From assembly GCA_963703365.1 (NCBI GenBank), contig OY969815.1, positions 2,888,577-2,952,576 on the forward strand: a stretch of 64,000 nt of DNA, given 5' to 3'. Each line of letters begins with the position of its first letter. Positions within the stretch are counted from its first letter, which is position 1. Positions 25,027 through 35,222 of this stretch are shown here, piece by piece. A program made the position numbers and the translations under genes. Under the pieces are notes generated by a model, which was not told the DNA's origin, searched no databases, and saw nothing but the letters and a program-made list of their open reading frames with translations. The stretch is from an uncultured Bacteroidota bacterium. Its GTDB lineage: Bacteria > Bacteroidota > Ignavibacteria > Kryptoniales > JAKASW01.

Positions 25027-27285
25027 CTAGAATGTTTCTGAAATTCCTGCATAAATCATTCGTCCGATTGAGGGAATGATCCCGGGACCGGGATATTCAT
25101 CTGTCCGCATTGTGAAGTACATTGCATTTGTCAGGTTGTTGATTCCTAATCTGAATTCGTATTTTGAGATTTTGTACTCAGCAGACAAATCGATAACACC
25201 GTATGCTGGAATAATTCCTACTAAACCCTCAGAAGAAAACTTCGTATCGGCAGGATCGCTGTAGCATGAAGAGGTGTAAGAGTACTGCGCGTTTATCGAG
25301 AAACCATTGAAGCTATAGTCAAAGCCGAAGCGATCTGTATGCTTTGAAGCATAGGGAACATAATTGCCGTCGTATTCGCCTGAGACGTACCGTGCATCCG
25401 TATAAGCAAACGAATTATAGACGCCTAGTTTCCCGAATTCATCATCAGGAATGAGACCGCCTATAACGTTCAATTCTACATATGCTTCCATTCCCTTGTG
25501 ATCATCGGCTCCGGTATTCGTCTCGAATTGGTAAGTTGATGTATCCTCCGTTTGCTCTATGATTCCGATATCGTTCTTCACATGCATGTAGAAGAGACTC
25601 ATGTCAAAGTTCAGAAAGTCACCGACCATTCCTCTGAATCCAAAATCGACATTGTTTGTCGAAGCATCTTTCAAATTCTGGTCGATCTTCGCAATCGTAC
25701 CGAATGGCGTCAAGTCGTCATACGTGACAGGACGGTATGACTGGCTGAAATTGGCATAAGCGTTGGTCGCGTCGGAAGTTTTAAATTCTACGCTGACCGC
25801 ACCTAACAAAAATGTCCGCGTGTGCTGTTCATTGTTTGCATAGACGTATGACGAACTTCCGTCATTTTCTTCATTCTCCGCGTAACCATTTGCAGTCGTG
25901 CTCAAATATTCAAAGCGCAAGCCTGGCGTTATGCTCAGTGCGTTGCTGATCCGGAATATGTTTTGAAAATAAGGAGCGATATTGGTGGTGTAAAAATTCA
26001 TATCCTGTCCCCACGGAGAAAGCGTGGTCAAATCGAAATCTGTTCCTGTCGTACCTTCCGCACCGTCCTCTCTCACAAGATGTGAATAAGCGTATCGCAA
26101 GCCGAGCGAAAAAGTCTGGCTTTGTCCAAAGAGATTGTAGCTAGATAAAAATCTGAGTTCGTTGGTAAGTGTATTGAAAAATTCTCGCTCCACTTCGCGG
26201 GGGGTGTAAGTCAGGCTTGCGGTGATGGTATCTGGCACGTAAGGTGGTACATCTTCATTCCTCCAGACCAAATTGCGTTGACTGAGGAGATAAGACGACA
26301 CCAGGTTCAGGGAAGAGTTGTCATTTATTCTGTAATCTATATGTGCGGCTCCGATGTTCCATGGACTATCGAGCCAGTTCCGAGCACGAAGCGACCCCTG
26401 GGGATTTGCGTAAAACATTGAATCGTTTTCCCCGCCTGGCATTTGAATTAGATTGCGTAGGATTGTGTACTCTAATCCGAAATGTAGTTTCTCATTAGGA
26501 TCGTATTTAAGGCTCGCATATCCCGACCATTGTGTCTGTTGAGAGTTGGCCCTCCAACCCTCCACACGCCTGTACTGAAGGAAACCATAATACTTGAAAA
26601 CTCCGTCAGTGCCGCCTATGGAATTAAAGCTATTGAAGAGTCCGTAACTACCGGCGGTTTGAGAAGAGTTGATTTGAAGGGCACTGGATGCACCATCTTT
26701 CAGATCGTAGTTCACAATGCCGCCTATTTGCGGTCCGAACGCCAGTGCTGAGCCGTCTTGCAGGATGGTTATGCTTTTCACAGCTTCCATTGGAGGGAGG
26801 TAGTAAGCCTCATTATACCCGTACAAATCGGCAGAAATATTGTATCCGTTTTGCCGTGTATTTGTCTCAATGCTCTGATAAGGGCTAAATCCCCGAAATC
26901 CGATTCCGTTTGCCGTGAACCCGCCCATTTCGTTCTCGGTAATGTCTATCCCCGGTATCCGTCCTAAAATCTGTCTCGTATTGTTTATGGCTTTATTGGC
27001 ATCCAAGCTGTCTATTTCAAGCAACTCATTCTTCATGCCGGAGTAGATGACTCCGTCGGAATAGTCTTTCATACGTCCGATGCCGTCCATGACCCTATTA
27101 CTCATCACGGTGACACCTTTAATAATGAATGTTGAATCAAGTGTCTGAGCGGATAATTCCGAAGCAAGAATGAGCAGGACAATTGCTGATACTTTGATCA
27201 GACGACTGAAGATAAATGTAATTTGTTTTCTGGTTTTCGATATTATTTCGACTGCGTTTTCTTGAAGAACTCTTAGCGGCACCAT
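25027..27285 (-). CDS. TonB-dependent outer-membrane receptor (iron/siderophore type by context)
   Basis: Plug-domain region (VTVMSNR...GIDITEN), a long beta-barrel, and C-terminal YAGISETF ending in F. Confidence 0.85.
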   Translation of the reverse strand: MVPLRVLQENAVEIISKTRKQITFIFSRLIKVSAIVLLILASELSAQTLDSTFIIKGVTVMSNRVMDGIGRMKDYSDGVIYSGMKNELLEIDSLDANKAINNTRQILGRIPGIDITENEMGGFTANGIGFRGFSPYQSIETNTRQNGYNISADLYGYNEAYYLPPMEAVKSITILQDGSALAFGPQIGGIVNYDLKDGASSALQINSSQTAGSYGLFNSFNSIGGTDGVFKYYGFLQYRRVEGWRANSQQTQWSGYASLKYDPNEKLHFGLEYTILRNLIQMPGGENDSMFYANPQGSLRARNWLDSPWNIGAAHIDYRINDNSSLNLVSSYLLSQRNLVWRNEDVPPYVPDTITASLTYTPREVEREFFNTLTNELRFLSSYNLFGQSQTFSLGLRYAYSHLVREDGAEGTTGTDFDLTTLSPWGQDMNFYTTNIAPYFQNIFRISNALSITPGLRFEYLSTTANGYAENEENDGSSSYVYANNEQHTRTFLLGAVSVEFKTSDATNAYANFSQSYRPVTYDDLTPFGTIAKIDQNLKDASTNNVDFGFRGMVGDFLNFDMSLFYMHVKNDIGIIEQTEDTSTYQFETNTGADDHKGMEAYVELNVIGGLIPDDEFGKLGVYNSFAYTDARYVSGEYDGNYVPYASKHTDRFGFDYSFNGFSINAQYSYTSSCYSDPADTKFSSEGLVGIIPAYGVIDLSAEYKISKYEFRLGINNLTNAMYFTMRTDEYPGPGIIPSIGRMIYAGISETF

Positions 27286-27443
27286 CTATTCCTTACGCGT
27301 CCTTTCAAGTTGTTATTTGTTAAGACTTAATCTAAGTAAAGATAGAGTTGCCGGGTGCTATTGTCAAGGGAAAGGTGGTCCTCTTTGGTCACCGTCGTGG
27401 CGAGTCGCCTCGTTCGTTGCAACGATATTTATTACACAACGTA

Positions 27444-27480
27444 GAGTAACCAAATTGACAGATGAGCGATTTGGTTACTC
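27444..27480. other. Perfect 12-bp inverted repeat (hairpin or operator) between the TonB receptor gene and bfr
   Basis: GAGTAACCAAAT - 13 nt - ATTTGGTTACTC. Confidence 0.5.
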
Positions 27481-27567
27481 TGATAAATCGCGATTCAAGA
27501 CGGCGGGGTGTACCACCCTGGAACAAGATGACAGATCACCCCGTCGAACCCAGATAAAAACTATTCT

Positions 27568-28032
27568 TTACTTCTGCTGAGATAAATAGTTTTGTATTCC
27601 CATCTGTTTGATTTGATCCATTTGGGCTTCGAGCCAATCAACATCGTCCTCTTCGTCGAGCAGGTTAGATTTGAAAAGTTCGCGCGTGCCGTTATCTCCG
27701 GCCTCCGTGCACACCCGCATACTCTCATTGTAAGATTTCACTGCGGACTTCTCTGCCTCGTAATCTGATTTCAACTGGGCTTCAACGTCCTTGCCTATGT
27801 TGATCGGATTGAGCGTACTAACGTTGGGTTTGCCTTCAAGATAAAGAATACGTTCGATGATTTTTTCTGCGTGCTTCATCTCATGGATAGCTCTCTTCTC
27901 GATCGCTTCGTGAAGTCTGGCATATCCCCAATTCGCGCACATCTCAGCGTGGACAATGTATTGGTTGATAGCTGTGAGTTCCTCTGCCAGACGGAGGTTA
28001 AGTATTCGGATAATCTGTTTGTTGCCTTCCAT
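27568..28032 (-). CDS. bfr: Bacterioferritin
   Basis: Ferroxidase ligand pattern in LNLRLAEELTAINQYIVHAEMC...HEMKHAEKIIERILYLEG; 154 aa. Confidence 0.9.
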   Translation of the reverse strand: MEGNKQIIRILNLRLAEELTAINQYIVHAEMCANWGYARLHEAIEKRAIHEMKHAEKIIERILYLEGKPNVSTLNPINIGKDVEAQLKSDYEAEKSAVKSYNESMRVCTEAGDNGTRELFKSNLLDEEDDVDWLEAQMDQIKQMGIQNYLSQQK

Positions 28033-28224
28033 GATCTTCTCCTTTTTTGGGGTTACGGTTGCTATTTAAAATTATGTGGTCTCCGCTAAAATCGCAAGAT
28101 ATTCTAAATATGGTTGACGCCGACGCAGTTGTCATATTCGAAGGAAGGAACCCGCCAACCCCGGAATTACCGGGGCTCACGATTTCTTCAAACATGATAT
28201 ATTTCGATCTGGCCGCGGCCGCGA

Positions 28225-28286
28225 GTCAGCTAACTCCGGCGCCGATATGCCGCCCGGTGGAACTGGTTGTTAGCTGACCTTTTTTT
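28225..28286 (+). other. 10-bp perfect inverted repeat with T7 tail in the bfr-katG spacer
   Basis: GTCAGCTAAC ... (34 nt, GC-rich) ... GTTAGCTGAC C TTTTTTT. The T-tract is on the plus strand although both flanking genes are on the minus strand. Confidence 0.5.
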
Positions 28287-28323
28287 GCCGCCCTTTCAGA
28301 AGCCCTGAAAGACATCTATGCTA

Positions 28324-30528
<2,205 letters not shown>

Positions 30529-30697
30529 TCATGTCAATCTCCCTTCGATGTTAATCTGGGTTATTCAAAAAAAGTTGGCCATCAATACGCGAGTGCACCG
30601 CTGCGAAAAAACCTGCGCGTCACTCTCTGCATTTCCGTTTCATTGGTCAGCGTTCCATTGCCATTTGAATTTTCTTCTTTTTTGTCTAACAGTTGAC

Positions 30698-30719
30698 AGT
30701 AATAATAAGAATCATTACT
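30698..30719. promoter_or_regulatory. AT-rich palindromic box, candidate Fur/PerR-family operator upstream of katG
   Basis: AGTAAT-aataagaatc-ATTACT. The stretch AATAATAAGAATCATTACT matches 14/19 positions of the classical Fur box GATAATGATAATCATTATC by my alignment. It lies about 195-215 nt upstream of the katG ATG. Confidence 0.3.
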
Positions 30720-30950
30720 AATATATGTTGATGGTGACTGAATGTCAAGGCGAAAATTTGGCCAATATTCCGATAAGCGAAGCCTTCAGATGCACCACTA
30801 ATCCTATCCTTCGAGATTTTATCCAGCACAGCAGACAAACTTCTCGAACCGATCTGCACAATCTATCCCCTTTCGGCGAATCACCCAAACGTAACTCTAT
30901 AATGTAAGCCATTTGTAGTTTCAGAGAAAATAACGAGATGGTTTTGGCTT

Positions 30951-31874
30951 GTGAGTTTAGTAAATTATTCACAGGTGAGCGAGAACGCACTCAAAATATT
31001 GACGCCGAAATTTATTTCTCAACTGTCGGGCATGGAGATGCGGGCGAGGCTGATAGTTGAGGGATTTCTCGTCGGAATGCACAGGAGCCCGTACCATGGC
31101 TTCAGCGTCGAATTCGCTGAACATAGGCAGTATTTTGCAGGCGACGATATAAGCAACATCGACTGGAAAGCATTCGGGAGAAGCGATAGACTTTATATAA
31201 AACAGTACGAAGAAGAAACAAATCTCAAGGCATACGTCCTTATTGACGGGAGCGGCTCGATGGGATTCAAGCGTGACGGTGAAATCACTAAACTTGAATA
31301 CGCTTCTTATCTTGCGGCCGGTTTGATTTATTTAATGATGAAACAACAGGATGCAACGGGACTGGCAATCTATGACGAAACGATCAGACGTTTTTTTGAG
31401 CCGCATCTCACTTACTCGTACATGAAGCTTCTTTTAACCGAGTTGTCCGGTCTCGAAGCGAATTCAAAAACATCGACCGCAACTGCGCTTTCGTCTCTCG
31501 CCGAAAGAATAAAACGCCGCGGACTCATCATCGTTATAAGCGATTTTCTCGATGAGACAAAAAGCGTTATTACTGCGCTGAAACATTTTCGTCATCGGAA
31601 AAACGAAGTCATAGCGTTCCATGTTCTCGACGACGCCGAGATCAATTTAGATTTTCCGGGTGATGCCATGTTTACGGACCTTGAAACAGGAGAACAAATT
31701 GCGACGCAGGTTTCCGCGTTGAAGTCGGCATACAAAAAAAGTGTGAACAGTTTTATTCGTAATTTGAAGAGCAAATGTTTTGAGAACGACATTGACTATG
31801 TGCTTCTAAGCACCTCGACACCGTTCGATAAGGCGTTGACGGCGTATCTTACAAGAAGAAAGAAAATATTTTAA
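30951..31874 (+). CDS. DUF58 (vWA-like, MoxR-associated family) protein; start uncertain
   Basis: SPYHGFSVEFAEHRQYFAGDDISNIDWKAF...RLYIKQYEEE is the DUF58 signature. Confidence 0.8.
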   Translation: MSLVNYSQVSENALKILTPKFISQLSGMEMRARLIVEGFLVGMHRSPYHGFSVEFAEHRQYFAGDDISNIDWKAFGRSDRLYIKQYEEETNLKAYVLIDGSGSMGFKRDGEITKLEYASYLAAGLIYLMMKQQDATGLAIYDETIRRFFEPHLTYSYMKLLLTELSGLEANSKTSTATALSSLAERIKRRGLIIVISDFLDETKSVITALKHFRHRKNEVIAFHVLDDAEINLDFPGDAMFTDLETGEQIATQVSALKSAYKKSVNSFIRNLKSKCFENDIDYVLLSTSTPFDKALTAYLTRRKKIF

Positions 31875-33077
31875 ATGGAGACCGTGATATTAGCAGTCAT
31901 TGCGATAATTCTCGTCGTCATAATTTTTATCTTTATCCAATTCAAAAGTTTATCGACGAAGCAGCAGTCATCCTCAGAACAGGCTGTTCAGCTTTTCACG
32001 ATTTTCAAATCTGATGTTGAGTCTGCGGTCAAATCGGCTGCCGAGACAACTCGTTCCAACAACGAAAATATGGCAAGCACGCTGAGGCTTGTCAGCGATT
32101 CACTGTCGAAGAGTTTGGATGACAACCGCGCCGGCACAAATGCTCAGGTTGAGCAGCTCGCAAATCAAGTGTCCCAGCTTGCTGGCTTAGTCGGCAAGCA
32201 AGTTGAGAATCTGCGCGGGTCAGTGGAAGAGCGGCTCACAAACTTCAGTTCTCAACTTGGCGGCCAGCTTTCCGAGGCGAACAAACTTTTTTCGTCATTG
32301 AAGCAAGATTTCGGTGAGCTGAAGGAATCGAGCAGCAACATGCTCGAGATCGGGAAGCAGATAAACCAACTGCAGAACATTTTAAGTTCGCCAAAGCTTC
32401 GAGGCAATCTTGGCGAGACGCTTCTTGAAGAATTGATCAAGCAAGTCATACCACAAGGCTTCTACGAATTTCAATACACGTTTCGCGACGGCTCAAAAGT
32501 GGATGCGATCATAAAAACTTCCGAAAGAATAATTCCCATAGACTCGAAATTTCCGAAGGATGAGTTCGAACGTTACGTTAATGCGGAAAATGAGTCTGAA
32601 AAAAATAGCGCCATGACGAAATTTTCGAAAGTGATGAAGGATCAGATCGACGACATTGCGGAGAAGTATATTAAGCCGACCGAAAACACGTTCGACTTTG
32701 CAATCATGTTCATACCTTCAGAGAGCATGTACTACGAGATTTTGATGCAGGATGGAGATGAGAACGGCGCGTATCGTTACGCCATGAAGAAGCATGTGAT
32801 CCCCGCATCGCCGAACAGTTTTTACGCATACATTCAGGCGATTGCAATCGGGCTCAAGGGGATGCAGATCGAAAAGAACGCTCAATTAGTCCGCGACCAG
32901 CTTGCCCAGCTGGAAAATTCTCTTGTAAAGTTTGACGATCATTTCGAGACGCTCGGCACACATCTAAAGAATGCGGCGAATAAGTACAACGATTCACACG
33001 AAGCGCTCGGAAGATTCAGAGAAAGGCTTCAGGCAATTGCGAAGTTAGAAGATAAAGAGCCGCCGAAGATTGTGTGA
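31875..33077 (+). CDS. rmuC: DNA recombination protein RmuC
   Basis: N-terminal TM segment plus coiled coil. RGNLGETLLEELI and the C-terminal RmuC nuclease-like region (MFIPSESMYYE). Confidence 0.85.
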   Translation: METVILAVIAIILVVIIFIFIQFKSLSTKQQSSSEQAVQLFTIFKSDVESAVKSAAETTRSNNENMASTLRLVSDSLSKSLDDNRAGTNAQVEQLANQVSQLAGLVGKQVENLRGSVEERLTNFSSQLGGQLSEANKLFSSLKQDFGELKESSSNMLEIGKQINQLQNILSSPKLRGNLGETLLEELIKQVIPQGFYEFQYTFRDGSKVDAIIKTSERIIPIDSKFPKDEFERYVNAENESEKNSAMTKFSKVMKDQIDDIAEKYIKPTENTFDFAIMFIPSESMYYEILMQDGDENGAYRYAMKKHVIPASPNSFYAYIQAIAIGLKGMQIEKNAQLVRDQLAQLENSLVKFDDHFETLGTHLKNAANKYNDSHEALGRFRERLQAIAKLEDKEPPKIV

Positions 33078-33121
33078 ATTAAAATGTTGTGTAGAAAATG
33101 TTTTGAGGACGCGCTGTTTCA

Positions 33122-33146
33122 CGTCAGCTTGAGCCACTGGTTAGGC
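33122..33146 (-). repeat. attC-like half site (R''-L'' arm only) at the distal end of the cassette array
   Basis: The minus strand reads GCCTAAC-CAGTG-GCTCAAGC-TGACG, starting 7 nt after the stop of ORF 33154-33651. It is 24/25 identical to 33797-33821. I found no matching L'-R' arm towards rmuC. Confidence 0.55.
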
Positions 33147-33153
33147 GGTGCGT

Positions 33154-33651
33154 TTATTTTTCTTTATGAATTAAAGTTGATAATCTAATACCGAACTTCA
33201 TCTCATTTTTTATATTTTTTGTGAAACCAGTTGCTTCAAGTGAATCTGGCGGAATCAATTTGAAATTAGAAGTCACGGGTTCAACAGTTTTATTGATGCT
33301 AATAAGTTCATTAGTGCTTACAGAATAAATAAATGTGAATGCTTGCCATGGTTGATGCCCACCAGAGCTTAGCATACCAAAAACAAAAAACTGCGAATTG
33401 GCTGTCCATTCCGCTTGAACCACACCATACCCATGCTCGTGATCTTTTGATGCATAATTTGTATCTAATATAACTTTCCCTTTATGGTTAAATATTTGAA
33501 TCCTACTTTCAAGTAAAACTCCCCTCTCGGCAATATTATAAACAATAGCACGCATGTTCTTATCAGGAGAAATGAATTCGCGCATATTCCGCGCCGCAAC
33601 GAATGAAATAAAAATAAATAGACTGAGCAATATTTTTATTTGTATTGACAT
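33154..33651 (-). CDS. Cassette ORF 1: small secreted protein of unknown function
   Basis: It has an N-terminal signal/anchor (ILLSLFIFISFVAA). attC-like sites flank it at 33122-33146 and 33672-33821. Confidence 0.6.
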   Translation of the reverse strand: MSIQIKILLSLFIFISFVAARNMREFISPDKNMRAIVYNIAERGVLLESRIQIFNHKGKVILDTNYASKDHEHGYGVVQAEWTANSQFFVFGMLSSGGHQPWQAFTFIYSVSTNELISINKTVEPVTSNFKLIPPDSLEATGFTKNIKNEMKFGIRLSTLIHKEK

Positions 33652-33671
33652 AAAGTATCTCTTTTAGTATC

Positions 33672-33821
33672 GCCTAATGGACTGGAGCTAAGCTGCGGCG
33701 ACGTGCAGCCAGTTCCACGTAGAATACACGCGCGAGAGACATTGCCAATTCCCTAAATTTTCTTTTGCGCGCGGCCAAATCATCGACGGCTGGTTCCGTC
33801 AGCTTGAGCGACTGGTTAGGC
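33672..33821 (-). repeat. attC-like site, about 150 nt (long class)
   Basis: Minus strand: GCCTAAC-CAGTC-GCTCAAGCTGACGG ... CCGCAGCTTAGCTCCAGTCC-ATTAGGC. The arms pair with two single-base bulges (G33806, T33799) on one arm. Confidence 0.6.
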
Positions 33822-33834
33822 AGTTTTTGCATAA

Positions 33835-34431
33835 TTATGGCAACACTTCAACAGTCGTTTTAAATAATGTATTTTGATTTACCCACGCTGGAATTTCCGA
33901 GTTTGTTTGTTCCATAAAGTGGAGCAATATTTTACTGGCAACATCGGATGCAAACTTCCAATCTCTTTTTGTAAAAACGTGACCGAAAATCTTGTTCACC
34001 TTATCAGGTTCGGAAGATGGATGAGCTACGAAATCTCGAGTCACCTTGACAACTTGTAGAAAATCATTCCAGAGAGTTTGATCTTTTAAATGAATTGCCT
34101 GAATGCCAAGAATCTCAGCTAGCACCTTTAGTTGTTCTTTGACTTCTTTTAAATCTGAATTCATTAAATGTTCAAAGCCCTGCGCCTTCGGATATTTCAA
34201 TTGGAGAAGCTTATCACTCGCGTTCCATATATCCCACAATTGCTCTGAAGCAAATGCTTGGATTGTCATGTATGCAAAAAAATATGCCTGAGATACAAAG
34301 GCGAATATAAATGTACCTGGCAAATAAGATTCTTCATTGCTGATGGTTTTGGGAATACCTTTTATGGGATCATATATGAACGCGCGAGATTGTTCCAAAT
34401 AAGATTGAACCGGCAGAATTTCAGTTTTCAT
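33835..34431 (-). CDS. Cassette ORF 2: helical protein with an Rx4H (RDFVAH) HEPN-like motif
   Basis: 198 aa, no signal peptide. The motif VKVTRDFVAHPS sits in the C-terminal half. The ORF is bracketed by a perfect 15-bp inverted repeat (33815-33829 / 34450-34464). Confidence 0.6.
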   Translation of the reverse strand: MKTEILPVQSYLEQSRAFIYDPIKGIPKTISNEESYLPGTFIFAFVSQAYFFAYMTIQAFASEQLWDIWNASDKLLQLKYPKAQGFEHLMNSDLKEVKEQLKVLAEILGIQAIHLKDQTLWNDFLQVVKVTRDFVAHPSSEPDKVNKIFGHVFTKRDWKFASDVASKILLHFMEQTNSEIPAWVNQNTLFKTTVEVLP

Positions 34432-34457
34432 TAGATTGATTTTCCTTCACAAAAACT

Positions 34458-34522
34458 GCCTAACTATATATAGTTATCCTGCCGTATATCCACATAGCAT
34501 TCCGGCAGTGAGAATGTTATGT
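34458..34522 (-). repeat. attC-like site, 65 nt (short class)
   Basis: Minus strand: ACATAAC-ATTCTCA-CTGCCGG...loop...CGGCAGG-ATAACTATATATA-GTTAGGC. The R box pairs 5-6 bp and the inner stem CTGCCG/CGGCAG pairs 6 bp. Confidence 0.5.
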
Positions 34523-34543
34523 TCCAATAAGATTTTACTACCC

Positions 34544-34966
34544 TCATTTATTCCTGTGTTCCCCTTTCATGAATGGAATATATTTCTGATCCATACCTAT
34601 GATATGGCTAATCCACCAGGTCTTCAAAAATTGAAACACATCCAGTGAAATATCGCCAACAAATGTCCGTTGGTGCCGCATGATCAGCTCGGTTGTTTTT
34701 TGCGTGAAAGCTTTATGGCTGGCTCGATGAGCTTCGAAGTCCGGATAATGGCGCTCTTGCATCAAGGCTTCTTCATCTTTCAGATGCGTATACACATATC
34801 TCTCCATCTCCGCCAAAATGGAGCCCACGATCTGAACTTGTTGTTTTTCCTGTATTGCCCAATACAATCTATTAATCACCTCGAAAATCTCACGATGTTG
34901 CGAGTCGAGTCTTTCTATCCCTACACTATACTCGGGCTTCCAAATCATAAATTCAGGGTTTGACAT
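34544..34966 (-). CDS. Cassette ORF 3: bacteriohemerythrin-like protein
   Basis: W.PEYSVGIERLDSQHREIFEVIN...H...E pattern of hemerythrin cation-binding domains. Confidence 0.8.
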   Translation of the reverse strand: MSNPEFMIWKPEYSVGIERLDSQHREIFEVINRLYWAIQEKQQVQIVGSILAEMERYVYTHLKDEEALMQERHYPDFEAHRASHKAFTQKTTELIMRHQRTFVGDISLDVFQFLKTWWISHIIGMDQKYIPFMKGEHRNK

Positions 34967-35008
34967 GGCTCCTCAAAAAGATAAATGTGATTTTTCCTAG
35001 ACATTAAT

Positions 35009-35207
35009 CACCCAAAGAACCGGAGCTAAACTGCGTGCGGTAGAATATTGAATAACAATCTGCGGCGCCCCGTTACTCCGATATTATTTATTTGTTGAAT
35101 GGAAATTTACTTGGTGAAACTCGTAAATACAACTAAACTTTTGTGGCTCGTGAGGCTGTGAATTTTCGTACACCGCAATTTCAGTTAGCTCGAGCGATTA
35201 GTCAGGC
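35009..35207 (-). repeat. Decayed attC-like site, about 200 nt (long class)
   Basis: Minus strand: GCCTGAC-TAATC-GCTCGAGC... and a far arm ...CAGTTTAGCTCCGG... homologous to 33672-33700. The inner stem is retained (GAGCTAA(A)CTG / CAGTTAGCTC) and the R box is degraded. Confidence 0.45.
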
Positions 35208-35222
35208 ATTTACATGGCGAAC

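Noticed and set aside
28225-28278. The GTCAGCTAAC...GTTAGCTGAC hairpin considered as an attC that would make katG a cassette
   Set aside because: The cores deviate from RYYYAAC/GTTRRRY at one position each. The interior is not two-fold symmetric: a GGTGGAAC L'-like box has no partner. No second site lies upstream of katG.
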